Below, in pieces: positions 23,221-32,396 of a DNA stretch of 64,000 bases (positions are counted from its first letter, which is position 1; each line of letters opens with the position of its first letter). Origin of the DNA: Deinococcus sp. (GTDB lineage Bacteria > Deinococcota > Deinococci > Deinococcales > Deinococcaceae). The stretch covers positions 320,001 to 384,000 of the forward strand of contig OZ253375.1 in assembly GCA_965261005.1 (NCBI GenBank), read 5' to 3'. The notes under the pieces are model-generated. The model was not told where the DNA came from. It searched no databases and saw only the letters and a list, made by a program, of their open reading frames with translations. The position numbers and the translations under genes were made by a program.

Positions 23221-24201
23221 CTACGCCCTCCTTCTGGAGAATTGGTCGGTGGCGACCGCCAGGATGATCAGGACGCCGGTGACCAGCACTTGGTAGATGC
23301 TGTTGACGCCCGACAAGGTCAGGCCCACCCGAAAGACGCCCACGATAATGGCGCCCAGCAAGGTGCCCAGCACGTTGCCGCGCCCGCCGAACAAGCTGGT
23401 GCCGCCCAGCACGACGGCCGTAATGCTCTCCAAGTTCTCGGTTTGCCCGGCGTTGGGGTCCCCCGCGCCGACGCGCCCCACCAAAATCAGCGCCGCGACG
23501 CCGTACAACAGGCCCGCGACGGCGTAGACCCCGATCAGGAGCCGGGTGACGGGAATGCCGCTCAGGCGGGCGGCCTCGGGGTTGTTGCCCAGGGCGTAGA
23601 CGTGGCGCCCCGGCGCGGTCTGGGTCAGAAAGAACCAAGCCAGCGCGAAGAGTGCGAGCATCAGCACCGAGCCGTAGGTGAAGGGCGTGCCGAAGACGCC
23701 GAAGGTCAGGCCCAGAAAGTTCAGCGCGGGCGGCAAGTTGCTGACCGTCTGCGCCCCCGAGTAGATCTGGGTGGTCGCCAAGACGATGCCGTACATGCCC
23801 AGCGTGGCGATAAAGGGCGGCAGCCGCAGGCGGGTGATCAGCCAGCCGTTGACCGCCCCGATGGCTGCCGTGACGATCAGGGCGCACAAGATCGCCAGAA
23901 TGGGCGCGAAGCCCAACTCCACGGCGAACTTGGTCATGATCATGCTGCCGAGGGCCATGATGACGCCGCACGACAAGTCAATGCCGGCCGTCAGGATGAC
24001 CAGGGTCTGCCCGATGGCGATGACGGCCACGAAGGAGATCTGCTTGAGCACCAGCGACAACGTTTGGCTGGTCAGAAAGCGGTCGGACTGGGTGGCGAAG
24101 AAGATGCAGGCCAGCAACAGGGCGATCAACGGCCCAAGGGTGCTCAGGCTGGGCAACACGAAGCCCCGGCGGCCTTTCTCGGCGGTGGCGGGTTGGGTCA
24201 T
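23221..24201 (-). CDS. Sugar ABC transporter permease (FrcC-like)
   Basis: TAGIDLS, PPFIATLG, GNNPEAARLSG, AVVLGGTSLFGGRG. Confidence 0.92.
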   Translation of the reverse strand: MTQPATAEKGRRGFVLPSLSTLGPLIALLLACIFFATQSDRFLTSQTLSLVLKQISFVAVIAIGQTLVILTAGIDLSCGVIMALGSMIMTKFAVELGFAPILAILCALIVTAAIGAVNGWLITRLRLPPFIATLGMYGIVLATTQIYSGAQTVSNLPPALNFLGLTFGVFGTPFTYGSVLMLALFALAWFFLTQTAPGRHVYALGNNPEAARLSGIPVTRLLIGVYAVAGLLYGVAALILVGRVGAGDPNAGQTENLESITAVVLGGTSLFGGRGNVLGTLLGAIIVGVFRVGLTLSGVNSIYQVLVTGVLIILAVATDQFSRRRA

Positions 24202-24301
24202 GCGGGTCACCAATCTTGACGGGAGGCGAACAAAGCCACGGCGCGGGAGCGCGCCGTGGCTCTGCATGGCTTGGCTCAGCAACTCGGCGCCGACCCGGCG
24301 C

Positions 24302-25297
24302 TTACTGGCCCCAGCAGTTGGCAAGGCCGAACTTGCCGTCCTGGCTCTTGACCACGGACATGGGCTTGTTGGTAATCAAGTTGACGCCGGTGTCGGTGTA
24401 GCCGCTGACCTTTTTGCCGGTCTTGGCGTAGTTGACGCCCGCCGCCACGCCCATGCTGGCCATCTTCAGGGGGTACTGCTGGCTGGTCGCGCCGATGGCG
24501 CCGCCCTCCACGTTGCGCACGCCCGCGCAGCCGCCGTCCACCGACACGATCAGCACGTTCTTTTCCTTGCCGGCGGCCTTGAGGGCTTGGTACGCCCCGG
24601 CGGCGGCCGGCTCGTTGATGGTGTAGACCAGGTTGATGTCGGGGTTCTTCTGAAGGCAGTTTTCCATGGCCGTTTGGCCCTTGGCTTGGTCGCCAAAGGA
24701 GTCCTGCGCGCAGGCCACGCCAGTGTTCACCTGGGCCGCGGTGTTGCCCGTGATGCCCCCCGTACCGAAACCCGCCAGAAAGCCGTTGTGGCGGGCGATG
24801 CCCACCGGTTGGCCGGGAAACAGGTCCAGGGTGGCGATGACCGGCTTCTTGGTGCCGAGGGCCTGCTTGGCGTACTGGCCGATGAGAAGGCCCGCCTTGT
24901 AGTTGTTGGTGGCGAAGAGGGCGTCCACCGCGCTCAGCGGCTCGGTGGGGCTGTCGAGGGCGATCACCATCACGCCCGCCGCGCGGGCCTTTTGAATGGC
25001 CGGCACGATGGCCTTGGAGTCGCTGGGCGTGATCAAAATGGTCTTGGCCCCGGCGGCGACCATGTTTTCGATGGCGGTCACTTGTCCGGCGTTGTCGCCG
25101 TCGGACTTGCCCGCCCCGGTCAGCAGCTTGGCGCCCAGCTTGTCGGCCTCTTTCTGCGCGCCTTCCTTCATCTTGACGAAAAAGGGGTTGGTGTCGGTTT
25201 TGGTGATCAGGCCGACAATAGGCCGGCCGCTTTGGGCATAGGCGAGGGCGGCGGCGGCGAGGGTGGCGCTGGCGAGCATCAGTTTGGCGTGGCGCAT
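24302..25297 (-). CDS. Sugar ABC transporter substrate-binding protein (FrcB-like)
   Basis: Signal peptide; LITKTDTNPFFVKMKEGA, INEPAAAG, SVDGGC, QQYPLKMA; AGGAG RBS. Confidence 0.9.
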   Translation of the reverse strand: MRHAKLMLASATLAAAALAYAQSGRPIVGLITKTDTNPFFVKMKEGAQKEADKLGAKLLTGAGKSDGDNAGQVTAIENMVAAGAKTILITPSDSKAIVPAIQKARAAGVMVIALDSPTEPLSAVDALFATNNYKAGLLIGQYAKQALGTKKPVIATLDLFPGQPVGIARHNGFLAGFGTGGITGNTAAQVNTGVACAQDSFGDQAKGQTAMENCLQKNPDINLVYTINEPAAAGAYQALKAAGKEKNVLIVSVDGGCAGVRNVEGGAIGATSQQYPLKMASMGVAAGVNYAKTGKKVSGYTDTGVNLITNKPMSVVKSQDGKFGLANCWGQ

Positions 25298-25356
25298 GGC
25301 AAGACTCCTTGGGAATGAGAGGGCGGGCGACCGGGGTGGACGAATTGGGCAGCGCT

Positions 25357-26367
25357 TCAGGAATCGGGCGGTGGCCCGGTGGAGTGGCGAATCACCAGCT
25401 CGGTGGGCAGCTGCACGCGGGCGGGCACGCCGGGGCGCCCCTGGCCCAGCAAACCGAGCAGGTGGCGGCAGGCCAGCGCGCCGAGGTCGTAGGCCGGCTG
25501 CGCGACCACTGTCAGCGGCGGAAGCATGGTCTGCGCCCAGCGCGAGTCGTCGAAGCCCACGATGGAGAGGTCCCCCGGAATACCCAGCCCCTGCTCGCGA
25601 ACGGCGAGAACGGCGCCGACGGTCATCTCGTTGTTGCCGACGAACAAGGCCGTGGGCCGCACCTCGGGAGGCAGCGACAGCAGTTGGCGGGCGGCGCGGA
25701 AACCGTCGTCTTGGCGGTGGTTGCCGGGCCGCACCAAGGCCGGGTCGTAGGCCAGCCCCGCCGCAGTGAGCGCTTGCCGAAAGCCCTCCAGCCGCTCCAC
25801 GGCGGTGCTGATGTCCTGTTGGCCCACGATCATGCCGACGCGCTTGTGGCCGAGGTCGCTCAGGTGCCGGGTGGCGGCCACGGCGCCGCCCACATTGTCC
25901 ACCGTGACGGTGGTGGCGCCGGGATGGCCGCTCACCCGGTCGAGTTCCACCACTGGCAGCTCCGGCAGCGCCCTCAAGTGCTTGCGGGTGCCGCTGGTGG
26001 GCACGACGATCAACCCCTGCGGCAGGTGACCGCGCAGCGTCTCGATGGCGCGGCCCTCCTTGTCCGGCTGCTCGTCGCTGTTGAAGAGAAAGGTGACGTA
26101 GCCTTGCCCCTCGGCGGTGTCCTGCACCCCCTTGGCGAGCAGCGCGTGAAACGGGTTGAGAATGTCGGCCACGATCAAGCCGATGGTGCGCGTTTCGCGC
26201 CGGCGCAGGCCCCGGGCCAGCACGTTGGGCTGGTAGCCCAGCTGCCGGGCGGCGTCCACCACCCGCTGGCGCGTGCCGTGGGCGACCAGTTCCGGGCGGC
26301 TCAGCGCGCGTGAGGCGGTGGCCGTGGAGACGCGGGCGAGGCTGGCGACGTCGTGAATGCTCGTCAT
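25357..26367 (-). CDS. LacI-family transcriptional regulator
   Basis: SIHDVASLARVSTATASRAL HTH, YQPNVLARGL, SIVGFDD. Confidence 0.94.
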   Translation of the reverse strand: MTSIHDVASLARVSTATASRALSRPELVAHGTRQRVVDAARQLGYQPNVLARGLRRRETRTIGLIVADILNPFHALLAKGVQDTAEGQGYVTFLFNSDEQPDKEGRAIETLRGHLPQGLIVVPTSGTRKHLRALPELPVVELDRVSGHPGATTVTVDNVGGAVAATRHLSDLGHKRVGMIVGQQDISTAVERLEGFRQALTAAGLAYDPALVRPGNHRQDDGFRAARQLLSLPPEVRPTALFVGNNEMTVGAVLAVREQGLGIPGDLSIVGFDDSRWAQTMLPPLTVVAQPAYDLGALACRHLLGLLGQGRPGVPARVQLPTELVIRHSTGPPPDS

Positions 26368-26446
26368 TGCAAACGATTACACCTTTACGAAAGGCGGAAG
26401 AAAATTCGGTCGCCACTGGGGCATATACCGAATGAAAAGGATTACA
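26368..26446. promoter_or_regulatory. Two LacI-type operators
   Basis: TGCAAACGATTACA (26368-26381, abutting the lacI ATG) and TGAAAAGGATTACA (26433-26446), both close to the TGWAANCGNTTWCA pattern. Confidence 0.7.
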
Positions 26447-26544
26447 TTGAGATGGCGCCAGTGTGAGGCTTGCGGCCCTCTTTGTCAAGCTGTCGGGACG
26501 CCCGTTTCCCGGCCGCGCCCTAGACTGCCCGCTAAACTGGCCGC

Positions 26545-27285
26545 ATGGAGACCTTCGCAACCTTCCGGGTCGGCCGCGAGCGCCTGACCGGCATGCTGCA
26601 CCTGCCGGACGGCGGTCAGCCCACGCACGGCTTTCCCTCGGTTGTCATGCTGCACGGCCTCGGCGGGGACCGCAGCGAGTACGGGCGGCTGTTCACCTTG
26701 GCCAGCCGCTCCTTCGCCTTGTCGGGTCTGGCCAGCCTGCGCTTCGACTTTCGCGGCAGCGGCGACTCGGACGGCGACCACGCCGAGATGACCATGTCGC
26801 GCGAGGTGGAGGACACCTTCGCGGCGTTCGAGTACGTCCGCGAGTTGCCCGAGATCGACCCCGTGCGGGTCAGTTTGTTGGGCTTCTCGGTGGGCGGCTT
26901 GGTCGCGGCCCTGGCGGCCCAGCACGCCGCCCCGCACCGACTCGCGCTGTGGTCGCCGACGCTGCCGCCCGAGCTGCTGAAGCTGCTGCCCTTCGGCCAG
27001 CTGCCCGCCACCGTGGCCGAGTTCAAGGGCATGGGCGTGGGCCGCAACCTGCTCGCCGAGCTGCCGCGCCTCGACCCCCTGCGCGCCGTCGCGGCGGCCG
27101 GGCGCGTCACCCACGTCTTTCAAGGGGAGCGCGACGAGCTGTCCCCCCTCGCCAGCGGCCGGGCCTACGCGGCGGCGGCGAACGCCCCCTACTCGCTGGT
27201 CCCCAGGGTCGGCCACCACTTCGAGACCATCGGTGCCCGCGAGGCCCTGTTCGAGGGCACGCTGAGGTTCTTGCTGGGAGCATGA
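26545..27285 (+). CDS. Alpha/beta-fold hydrolase
   Basis: HGLGG, RFDFRGSGDSDG, GFSVGG nucleophile, GHHF; leaderless TAAACT-N6-ATG. Confidence 0.85.
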   Translation: METFATFRVGRERLTGMLHLPDGGQPTHGFPSVVMLHGLGGDRSEYGRLFTLASRSFALSGLASLRFDFRGSGDSDGDHAEMTMSREVEDTFAAFEYVRELPEIDPVRVSLLGFSVGGLVAALAAQHAAPHRLALWSPTLPPELLKLLPFGQLPATVAEFKGMGVGRNLLAELPRLDPLRAVAAAGRVTHVFQGERDELSPLASGRAYAAAANAPYSLVPRVGHHFETIGAREALFEGTLRFLLGA

Positions 27286-27321
27286 GTTGTCACTCTCTCG
27301 CTAGTATGCTAGCTTACTAGT

Positions 27322-27483
27322 ATGCCTCCCGAAGACAAGCAGCAGTTCAACGTCTACCTGCCGCCCGACCTCGTCCGTGAGGTCAAGATCGCCGCCATTG
27401 ACGCGCGCATGTCGCTCTCCGCGCTGGTCGAGGAAGCTTTGCGCCGCCACCTCAAAACCCTGCACGAACAGGCGGCGCGATGA
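27322..27483 (+). CDS. 53-aa CopG/ribbon-helix-helix regulator (missing from the ORF track)
   Basis: [44 protein letters not shown]..; TTGTCA-17-TAGCTT-6-ATG leaderless promoter; ATGA coupling to the VOC gene. Confidence 0.85.
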   Translation: MPPEDKQQFNVYLPPDLVREVKIAAIDARMSLSALVEEALRRHLKTLHEQAAR

Positions 27484-27845
27484 GGACCGTCCTGATGCCG
27501 CTGGTGTTCGTGAGCGACGTGGCGCGCTCCACCGCCTTTTATCAGGCCCTCGGCTTCGAGTTGGAGCGCACCCAGGTGAGCGGCGGCTGGGCCGAGCTGC
27601 GCTTTGGGGACGCCAAGCTGGCGCTGCACGAGATGTATCCTTTGCCGCCGGAGGGCCGGGTCAAGCTGTGCTTCTCGCACGAGGGTTCTCTCGACGTTCT
27701 GCTGGCAGACCTGCGCGCGAAGGGCCTGCCCAGCGACGACTTCGTGCTGGACGAGGCCTTTGGCCGCTCGCTGTGCGTCCGCGACCCCGACGGCCTGACC
27801 ATCCAGTTCGACGAGTTCGATCCCAGCCTGTATGCCGAACGGTGA
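27480..27845 (+). CDS. VOC/glyoxalase-family protein
   Basis: [33 protein letters not shown]. Confidence 0.88.
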   Translation: MRTVLMPLVFVSDVARSTAFYQALGFELERTQVSGGWAELRFGDAKLALHEMYPLPPEGRVKLCFSHEGSLDVLLADLRAKGLPSDDFVLDEAFGRSLCVRDPDGLTIQFDEFDPSLYAER

Positions 27846-27930
27846 GCGCCGAAACGGAGAATGTAAGGCGTGTCACCCGATTAAAAATTGTTGAGAACAT
27901 AGGCTGCCCGCCATGCCACCCAGGAGGCCC

Positions 27931-28989
27931 ATGACCCTGCTCGCCGCTCAAACCGCCCCGCCGCCCATCTCGGAGACCTCCATCGCCGTGCGAGACCTGA
28001 CCAAGCACTACCTCGTCCACGAAAAAGAGCCGGGCCTGGCGGGATCGTTGCGCGCCTTTGTGTCGCGCAGGACGCGAACGGTGCAGGCGGTGCGCGGGGT
28101 CAGCTTCGACTTGGCGGGCGGCGAGATGGTCGGCTTTCTCGGCCCCAACGGGGCGGGGAAGACGACCACCCTCAAGATGCTCTCGGGCTTACTCCACCCG
28201 ACCTCCGGCTCGGTGAGCGTGCTGGGCTTCGAGCCGAGGCGGCGCCAGCGCGACTTTCTGCGCGCCATCACCCTGGTGATGGGCCAGAAGCAGCAGCTGC
28301 TGTGGGACTTGCCGGCCCTCGACTCCTTTCTGGTCAACCAGGCCATCTACGAGATTCCGCAGGACCAGTTTGACGCGACCATGCGCGAGTTCGACGAGGT
28401 GCTGGACCTCGGCGGCATCCTCAAGAAGCAGGTGCGCAAGCTGTCCCTCGGCGAGCGCATGAAGTGCGAATTGGCCGCCGCGCTGCTGCACCGCCCGCAG
28501 GTGCTGTTCCTCGACGAGCCGACCATCGGCCTCGACGTCAACATGCAGCTGAGAATTCGCGAGTTCATGCGCGAGTACAACGCCCGCTACCGGGCGACCG
28601 TGATCCTGACCTCGCACTACATGGCGGACGTCACGGCCCTGTGCAAACGCATTCTGGTGATTGACGCGGGCGAGCTGGTCTGGGGCGGCGACTTGGCCGC
28701 CCTGACGGAGCGCGCCAGCGCCCACAAGACCGTCAAGCTTCAGCTGGCCGCGCCGGCGGAGCGCGCCGAGTTGGCGCGCTACGGCAAGGTGGTGCGGCTC
28801 GACGGCCTGAGCGCCGAGCTGGAGATGCCGCGCGCCGAGGTGTCCGCCCGCGCCGCCGCCTTGCTCACCCACCTGGAGGTCGCCGACCTGACCGTCGAGG
28901 ACCCAAGCATCGAGAGCGTCATCGGCCAGCTGTTCGGTCAAGCGTCCGGCCCAAAATCTGGCACAGCGTCCGGCAAGGCGGGCGCGTGA
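27931..28989 (+). CDS. ABC exporter ATP-binding protein
   Basis: GPNGAGKTT, LSLGERM, FLDEPTIGLD, TSHYM; AGGAGG RBS. Confidence 0.92.
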   Translation: MTLLAAQTAPPPISETSIAVRDLTKHYLVHEKEPGLAGSLRAFVSRRTRTVQAVRGVSFDLAGGEMVGFLGPNGAGKTTTLKMLSGLLHPTSGSVSVLGFEPRRRQRDFLRAITLVMGQKQQLLWDLPALDSFLVNQAIYEIPQDQFDATMREFDEVLDLGGILKKQVRKLSLGERMKCELAAALLHRPQVLFLDEPTIGLDVNMQLRIREFMREYNARYRATVILTSHYMADVTALCKRILVIDAGELVWGGDLAALTERASAHKTVKLQLAAPAERAELARYGKVVRLDGLSAELEMPRAEVSARAAALLTHLEVADLTVEDPSIESVIGQLFGQASGPKSGTASGKAGA

Positions 28990-29789
28990 CGGCCTGGCGC
29001 AAGGGCCGCGCGCTGCTGGCGGCGTCGCTGGCGGCGTCCACCGCCTACCGCGCCGAGCTGATGATCTGGATGCTGTCGGGAACGCTCAGCTTCGTGATGA
29101 TGGCGCTGTGGATCGCGCAGGCGAGGGGCGCGCCGGGCGGGCAGATCGGCGGCTTTTCCCCGGCCGACTTCGCCTCGTACTTCGTGGGCACCTGGGTCAC
29201 GACGCAGCTGCTGGTGGTGTGGGTGGGGCACGAGCTGGACTACCAGATTCGCTTGGGCCACTTGTCGCCCAAGCTGCTCAGGCCGCTCGACCCCATCTGG
29301 GAACACCTCGGCTCGCACGTCAGCGACAAGCTGCTCCGGCTGCCGTTTCTGGTCGTCATCGCCCTCTTTGTGCTGTGGCTGGTGCCGGGCGCGCACTTCA
29401 CGTCCGATCCGCTGGTCTACCCCGCCTTCGCCGCCCTGGCGCTGCTGGGCTTCGTCCTGCGCTTTCTGATCGAATACTCTACCGGCCTGCTGAGCTTCTG
29501 GACCGAGAGCACCACCTCGTTCCAGGACCTGCTGTGGCTGGCCTACGCGGCCCTGGGCGGCATCTTCGCGCCGCTCACGCTGTATCCGGCGGCGGTGCAG
29601 ACGGTGGCGCGCCTCACGCCCTTTCCGTACATGATCGGCTTGCCGGCGCGCATGCTGGCCGGCACGGCGACCTGGGTGCAAATCGGGCAGGGCTTCGTGA
29701 TCTTGGTGGCCTGGGCGCTGGGCTTCTTGCTGCTGCGCCTGGCGCTGTGGCGCCTGGGCCTGCGGCGCTACGGGGCGGTGGGCGCGTGA
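28986..29789 (+). CDS. ABC-2 family permease
   Basis: Multiple TM segments, IRLGHLSPKLLRPL, LTPFPY; coupled to the ATPase. Confidence 0.85.
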   Translation: MTAWRKGRALLAASLAASTAYRAELMIWMLSGTLSFVMMALWIAQARGAPGGQIGGFSPADFASYFVGTWVTTQLLVVWVGHELDYQIRLGHLSPKLLRPLDPIWEHLGSHVSDKLLRLPFLVVIALFVLWLVPGAHFTSDPLVYPAFAALALLGFVLRFLIEYSTGLLSFWTESTTSFQDLLWLAYAALGGIFAPLTLYPAAVQTVARLTPFPYMIGLPARMLAGTATWVQIGQGFVILVAWALGFLLLRLALWRLGLRRYGAVGA

Positions 29790-30571
29790 TTCGCTCCATG
29801 AAGCTGATTCGCCTCTTCGTCGGCGCCGCCCTGAGCGCGCAGTTGGAGTACCGCGCCAACTTCTTCGCCAGCGCGCTGGAGAGCGTGGCGCAGGTGGGCG
29901 TGGGCCTGCTCGGCCTCGCGCTTTTCCTCGGCAACAGCGACTCGCTGGGCGGCTGGAGCTATCCGCAGGCGGCCTTGGTGCTGGGCCTCTTCATGCTGAC
30001 CCAGGGCTTTATCTCGGTGGCGCTTCAGCCGAACCTCAGCCGCATCGCGGAGCAGGTGCGCGAGGGCAGCATGGATTTCACGCTGCTCAAGCCGCTCGAC
30101 GCGCAGTTTCTGGTCAGCACCCGCAACCTCAACCTGTTCCGGCTCAGCGACGCTTTGGTGGGGGCGGGCATCGTGGTCTGGGCGGCGGCGCGCTTGCCGG
30201 AGGTCACCCTCGGCGGCTTGTTGCTGGGCGCCCTCTTGTACCTCTGCGCCCTGGTGATGGTGTACAGCGTTTGGCTCTCACTTTCCACCACGGCCTTTTG
30301 GTGGATCAAGGTGCCGAACATCACCGAGCTGTTCAACGGCGCTTTCGGCGCGGGCCGCTTTCCGGTGGTCGCTTTTCCGGCCCCGGTGCGCTTCGCGCTC
30401 ACCTTTGTCGTCCCCATCGCCTTTATCACGACCGTGCCAGCGCAGGCGGCGCTGGGACAGCTCAGCCTGACCTTGGCCGTCATCTCGCCCCTGATTGCCC
30501 TGACGCTGTGGCTGCTCAGCCGCCTGTTCTGGCTGCACGCGCTGCGCTCCTACACCAGCGCGTCGAGCTGA
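29786..30571 (+). CDS. ABC-2 family permease
   Basis: EYRANF, GGWS, VREGSMDFTLLKPLDAQF, LRSYTSASS; GTGA coupling. Confidence 0.85.
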   Translation: MIRSMKLIRLFVGAALSAQLEYRANFFASALESVAQVGVGLLGLALFLGNSDSLGGWSYPQAALVLGLFMLTQGFISVALQPNLSRIAEQVREGSMDFTLLKPLDAQFLVSTRNLNLFRLSDALVGAGIVVWAAARLPEVTLGGLLLGALLYLCALVMVYSVWLSLSTTAFWWIKVPNITELFNGAFGAGRFPVVAFPAPVRFALTFVVPIAFITTVPAQAALGQLSLTLAVISPLIALTLWLLSRLFWLHALRSYTSASS

Positions 30572-30672
30572 AGGCTTGTTCAACTGGCCCCGGGCAACCT
30601 TGGTCGCATTCGTCGCCCCCCGCTTGGTCTATAACCTTGAAAAAGAGGACAAGAGTACAGCTGGAGGTTGTC

Positions 30673-31395
30673 GTGGGCCGGTCCAACGCTTTGATCATCT
30701 TGGTGCTTCCCGTGCTGGTGGCCTTGGCCGTCGTGTTTTCGTCCAATTTGTCGGCCTTGTTCGCCGGTCCCCAAGCCGGACCGACCACGGGCGCCGCCAC
30801 ACCCACCGCCGCGCCGGCGTCCTCCCCGGCGGAACCCGTCAAGTCCACCATCACGGTCAAGCCCCCAACTTCCCAAGCCCCCGTAGCGCCCAGCGAGGTT
30901 GCGGTGCCCACGCAACCCTTGGTGCCCAAGCCGGCGCCCAGGGCGCCCAGCGTGCGCGCCGCGCCCTCGCCCTCAGTGTCAGCCGCGCCGCCCGTGGCGC
31001 CCACCAGGACCGCGCCGCCCGTGGCCGCCAAGCCGGCCCAAGCGCCCACCTCGCCCTACCTGATCCGGGGACGGGCCTTGGCGACGCTGCTGTACGACAA
31101 CCAGCTCGACCGGCTGTGGCGGGCTTTCTCGCCCCAAACGCAGACCCAGTGGGGCGGCTTGGCGGCCTTCAAGGCTTACCGGGCGGGCGGTCTGAACGCT
31201 TACGGGACGGAGACAAAGGTGCTGAGGGAGCGGGTGGTCGGCGGCGGGGGCCTGACCTACTACACCCGCACGTCCCAATTCGAGCGCGGTTCGAAGGGCG
31301 GCTGGACCTTGATTCTCGGCTTGACCAAGGACGGTCAGGTGCGGCAGTTCGGCATCGTGGCGGCGGGCGCGCTGCCGGACAAGACCCGCCGGTGA
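30673..31395 (+). CDS. Membrane-anchored hypothetical protein with Pro/Ala-rich linker
   Basis: GGAGG RBS, N-terminal TM segment, PA-rich stalk, globular C-terminal domain. Confidence 0.65.
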   Translation: MGRSNALIILVLPVLVALAVVFSSNLSALFAGPQAGPTTGAATPTAAPASSPAEPVKSTITVKPPTSQAPVAPSEVAVPTQPLVPKPAPRAPSVRAAPSPSVSAAPPVAPTRTAPPVAAKPAQAPTSPYLIRGRALATLLYDNQLDRLWRAFSPQTQTQWGGLAAFKAYRAGGLNAYGTETKVLRERVVGGGGLTYYTRTSQFERGSKGGWTLILGLTKDGQVRQFGIVAAGALPDKTRR

Positions 31396-31449
31396 GACGG
31401 GCGCGGCCCGGGCGAACACGCCGCCGCCGTTTTGTGAAATAATCGCGGC

Positions 31450-31803
31450 ATGCGGCTTTTCTCATTGCGAGCGGGTGTCGGCGTTGTACAGGCCCTTGTG
31501 TTGTGCGCCGGCGGCGTGGCGTTCGCGGGCGGCGGCTCCTCCGCAGACACGTCCGGCACGGTGGTCGCGCGGGCCACCTACCGCTGTCAGGGCGGCGTGC
31601 GGGTGCAAATCACCCAGATGCCCGACACGGCGCGCGTTGAGTTCGCGGGCCAGTCCCAGCTGCTCAAGCTGGTGCAGGCGCCCAGCGGCGACCGCTACCA
31701 AAACAACACCTTCACCTGGTTCACCAAGGGCGACACGTCCTACATGAAGCGCAACGCGAGCGGGCGTCTGGCCCTGACCGGCTGTACGCCGGTGGGCGGC
31801 TGA
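31450..31803 (+). CDS. MliC/PliC-family lysozyme inhibitor
   Basis: Signal peptide; YRC..APSGDRY..WFTKG..C resembles the MliC SASGARY and WxKG motifs. Confidence 0.75.
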   Translation: MRLFSLRAGVGVVQALVLCAGGVAFAGGGSSADTSGTVVARATYRCQGGVRVQITQMPDTARVEFAGQSQLLKLVQAPSGDRYQNNTFTWFTKGDTSYMKRNASGRLALTGCTPVGG

Positions 31804-31828
31804 GCCGAGCCGCCGCGCCCCAAAGCCT

Positions 31829-32299
31829 TCAGGTCGTCCCGGTCTGAAGGCTTTTCAGTTTGTCCAGCACCTCGTCGGCGTGCCGCCCCACGTTCACGCC
31901 CCGCCAGTGCCAAGCCAAGCGGCCGTCCGGCCCGATCAAAAAGGTTTGGCGCCCGGTCACGCCCAGCAGACCGTTCAGGCCGCCCAGCACGCCGTAAGCC
32001 TTGCCAATGGTCTTGTCGCCGTCGGGCAGCAGCGGAAAGCTGAGCTGGCAGGCGTCGCGGAACTTGGCCTGCGCCGCCTCGGTGTCGGTGCTGACCCCGA
32101 TAATCTGCGTGTCCAGCCGCTCGAACTCGGGCCGGGCGGCCTCGAAGCGCCTCGCCTCCAGCGCGCAGGCGGCTGAGTTCGCCTTGGGATAAAAAAACAG
32201 CACGACCCAGCGGCCCCGCAGCTCATTCAAGCTAACCTCCCGCCCGTCGTCGCTGCGCGCGTGCAGCGGCGGCGCCATCTCTCCCGATTGGAGCGTCAT
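31829..32299 (-). CDS. Peroxiredoxin, BCP type
   Basis: FFYPKANSAACALEA (PxxxS/TxxC), GVSTD, FPLLPD, RQTFLI. Confidence 0.9.
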   Translation of the reverse strand: MTLQSGEMAPPLHARSDDGREVSLNELRGRWVVLFFYPKANSAACALEARRFEAARPEFERLDTQIIGVSTDTEAAQAKFRDACQLSFPLLPDGDKTIGKAYGVLGGLNGLLGVTGRQTFLIGPDGRLAWHWRGVNVGRHADEVLDKLKSLQTGTT

Positions 32300-32396
32300 G
32301 GCGGCATTTTAGGCGGCCCCCGAGCCGAAAATGCGACGGCGGCGCCCTTTAGAATGCGGGCGTGAACAGGGTGCGCGCGAACGTGAAGGCTTCGCC

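Noticed and set aside
24302..26560. 752-aa ORF as a fused sugar-binding protein
   Set aside because: The upstream part is an off-frame shadow of lacI; the real gene starts at 25297 with an RBS and signal peptide
31450..31803. MliC as immunity for the GH19-like toxin
   Set aside because: About 7 kb away in core context with host-like composition; no evidence of linkage
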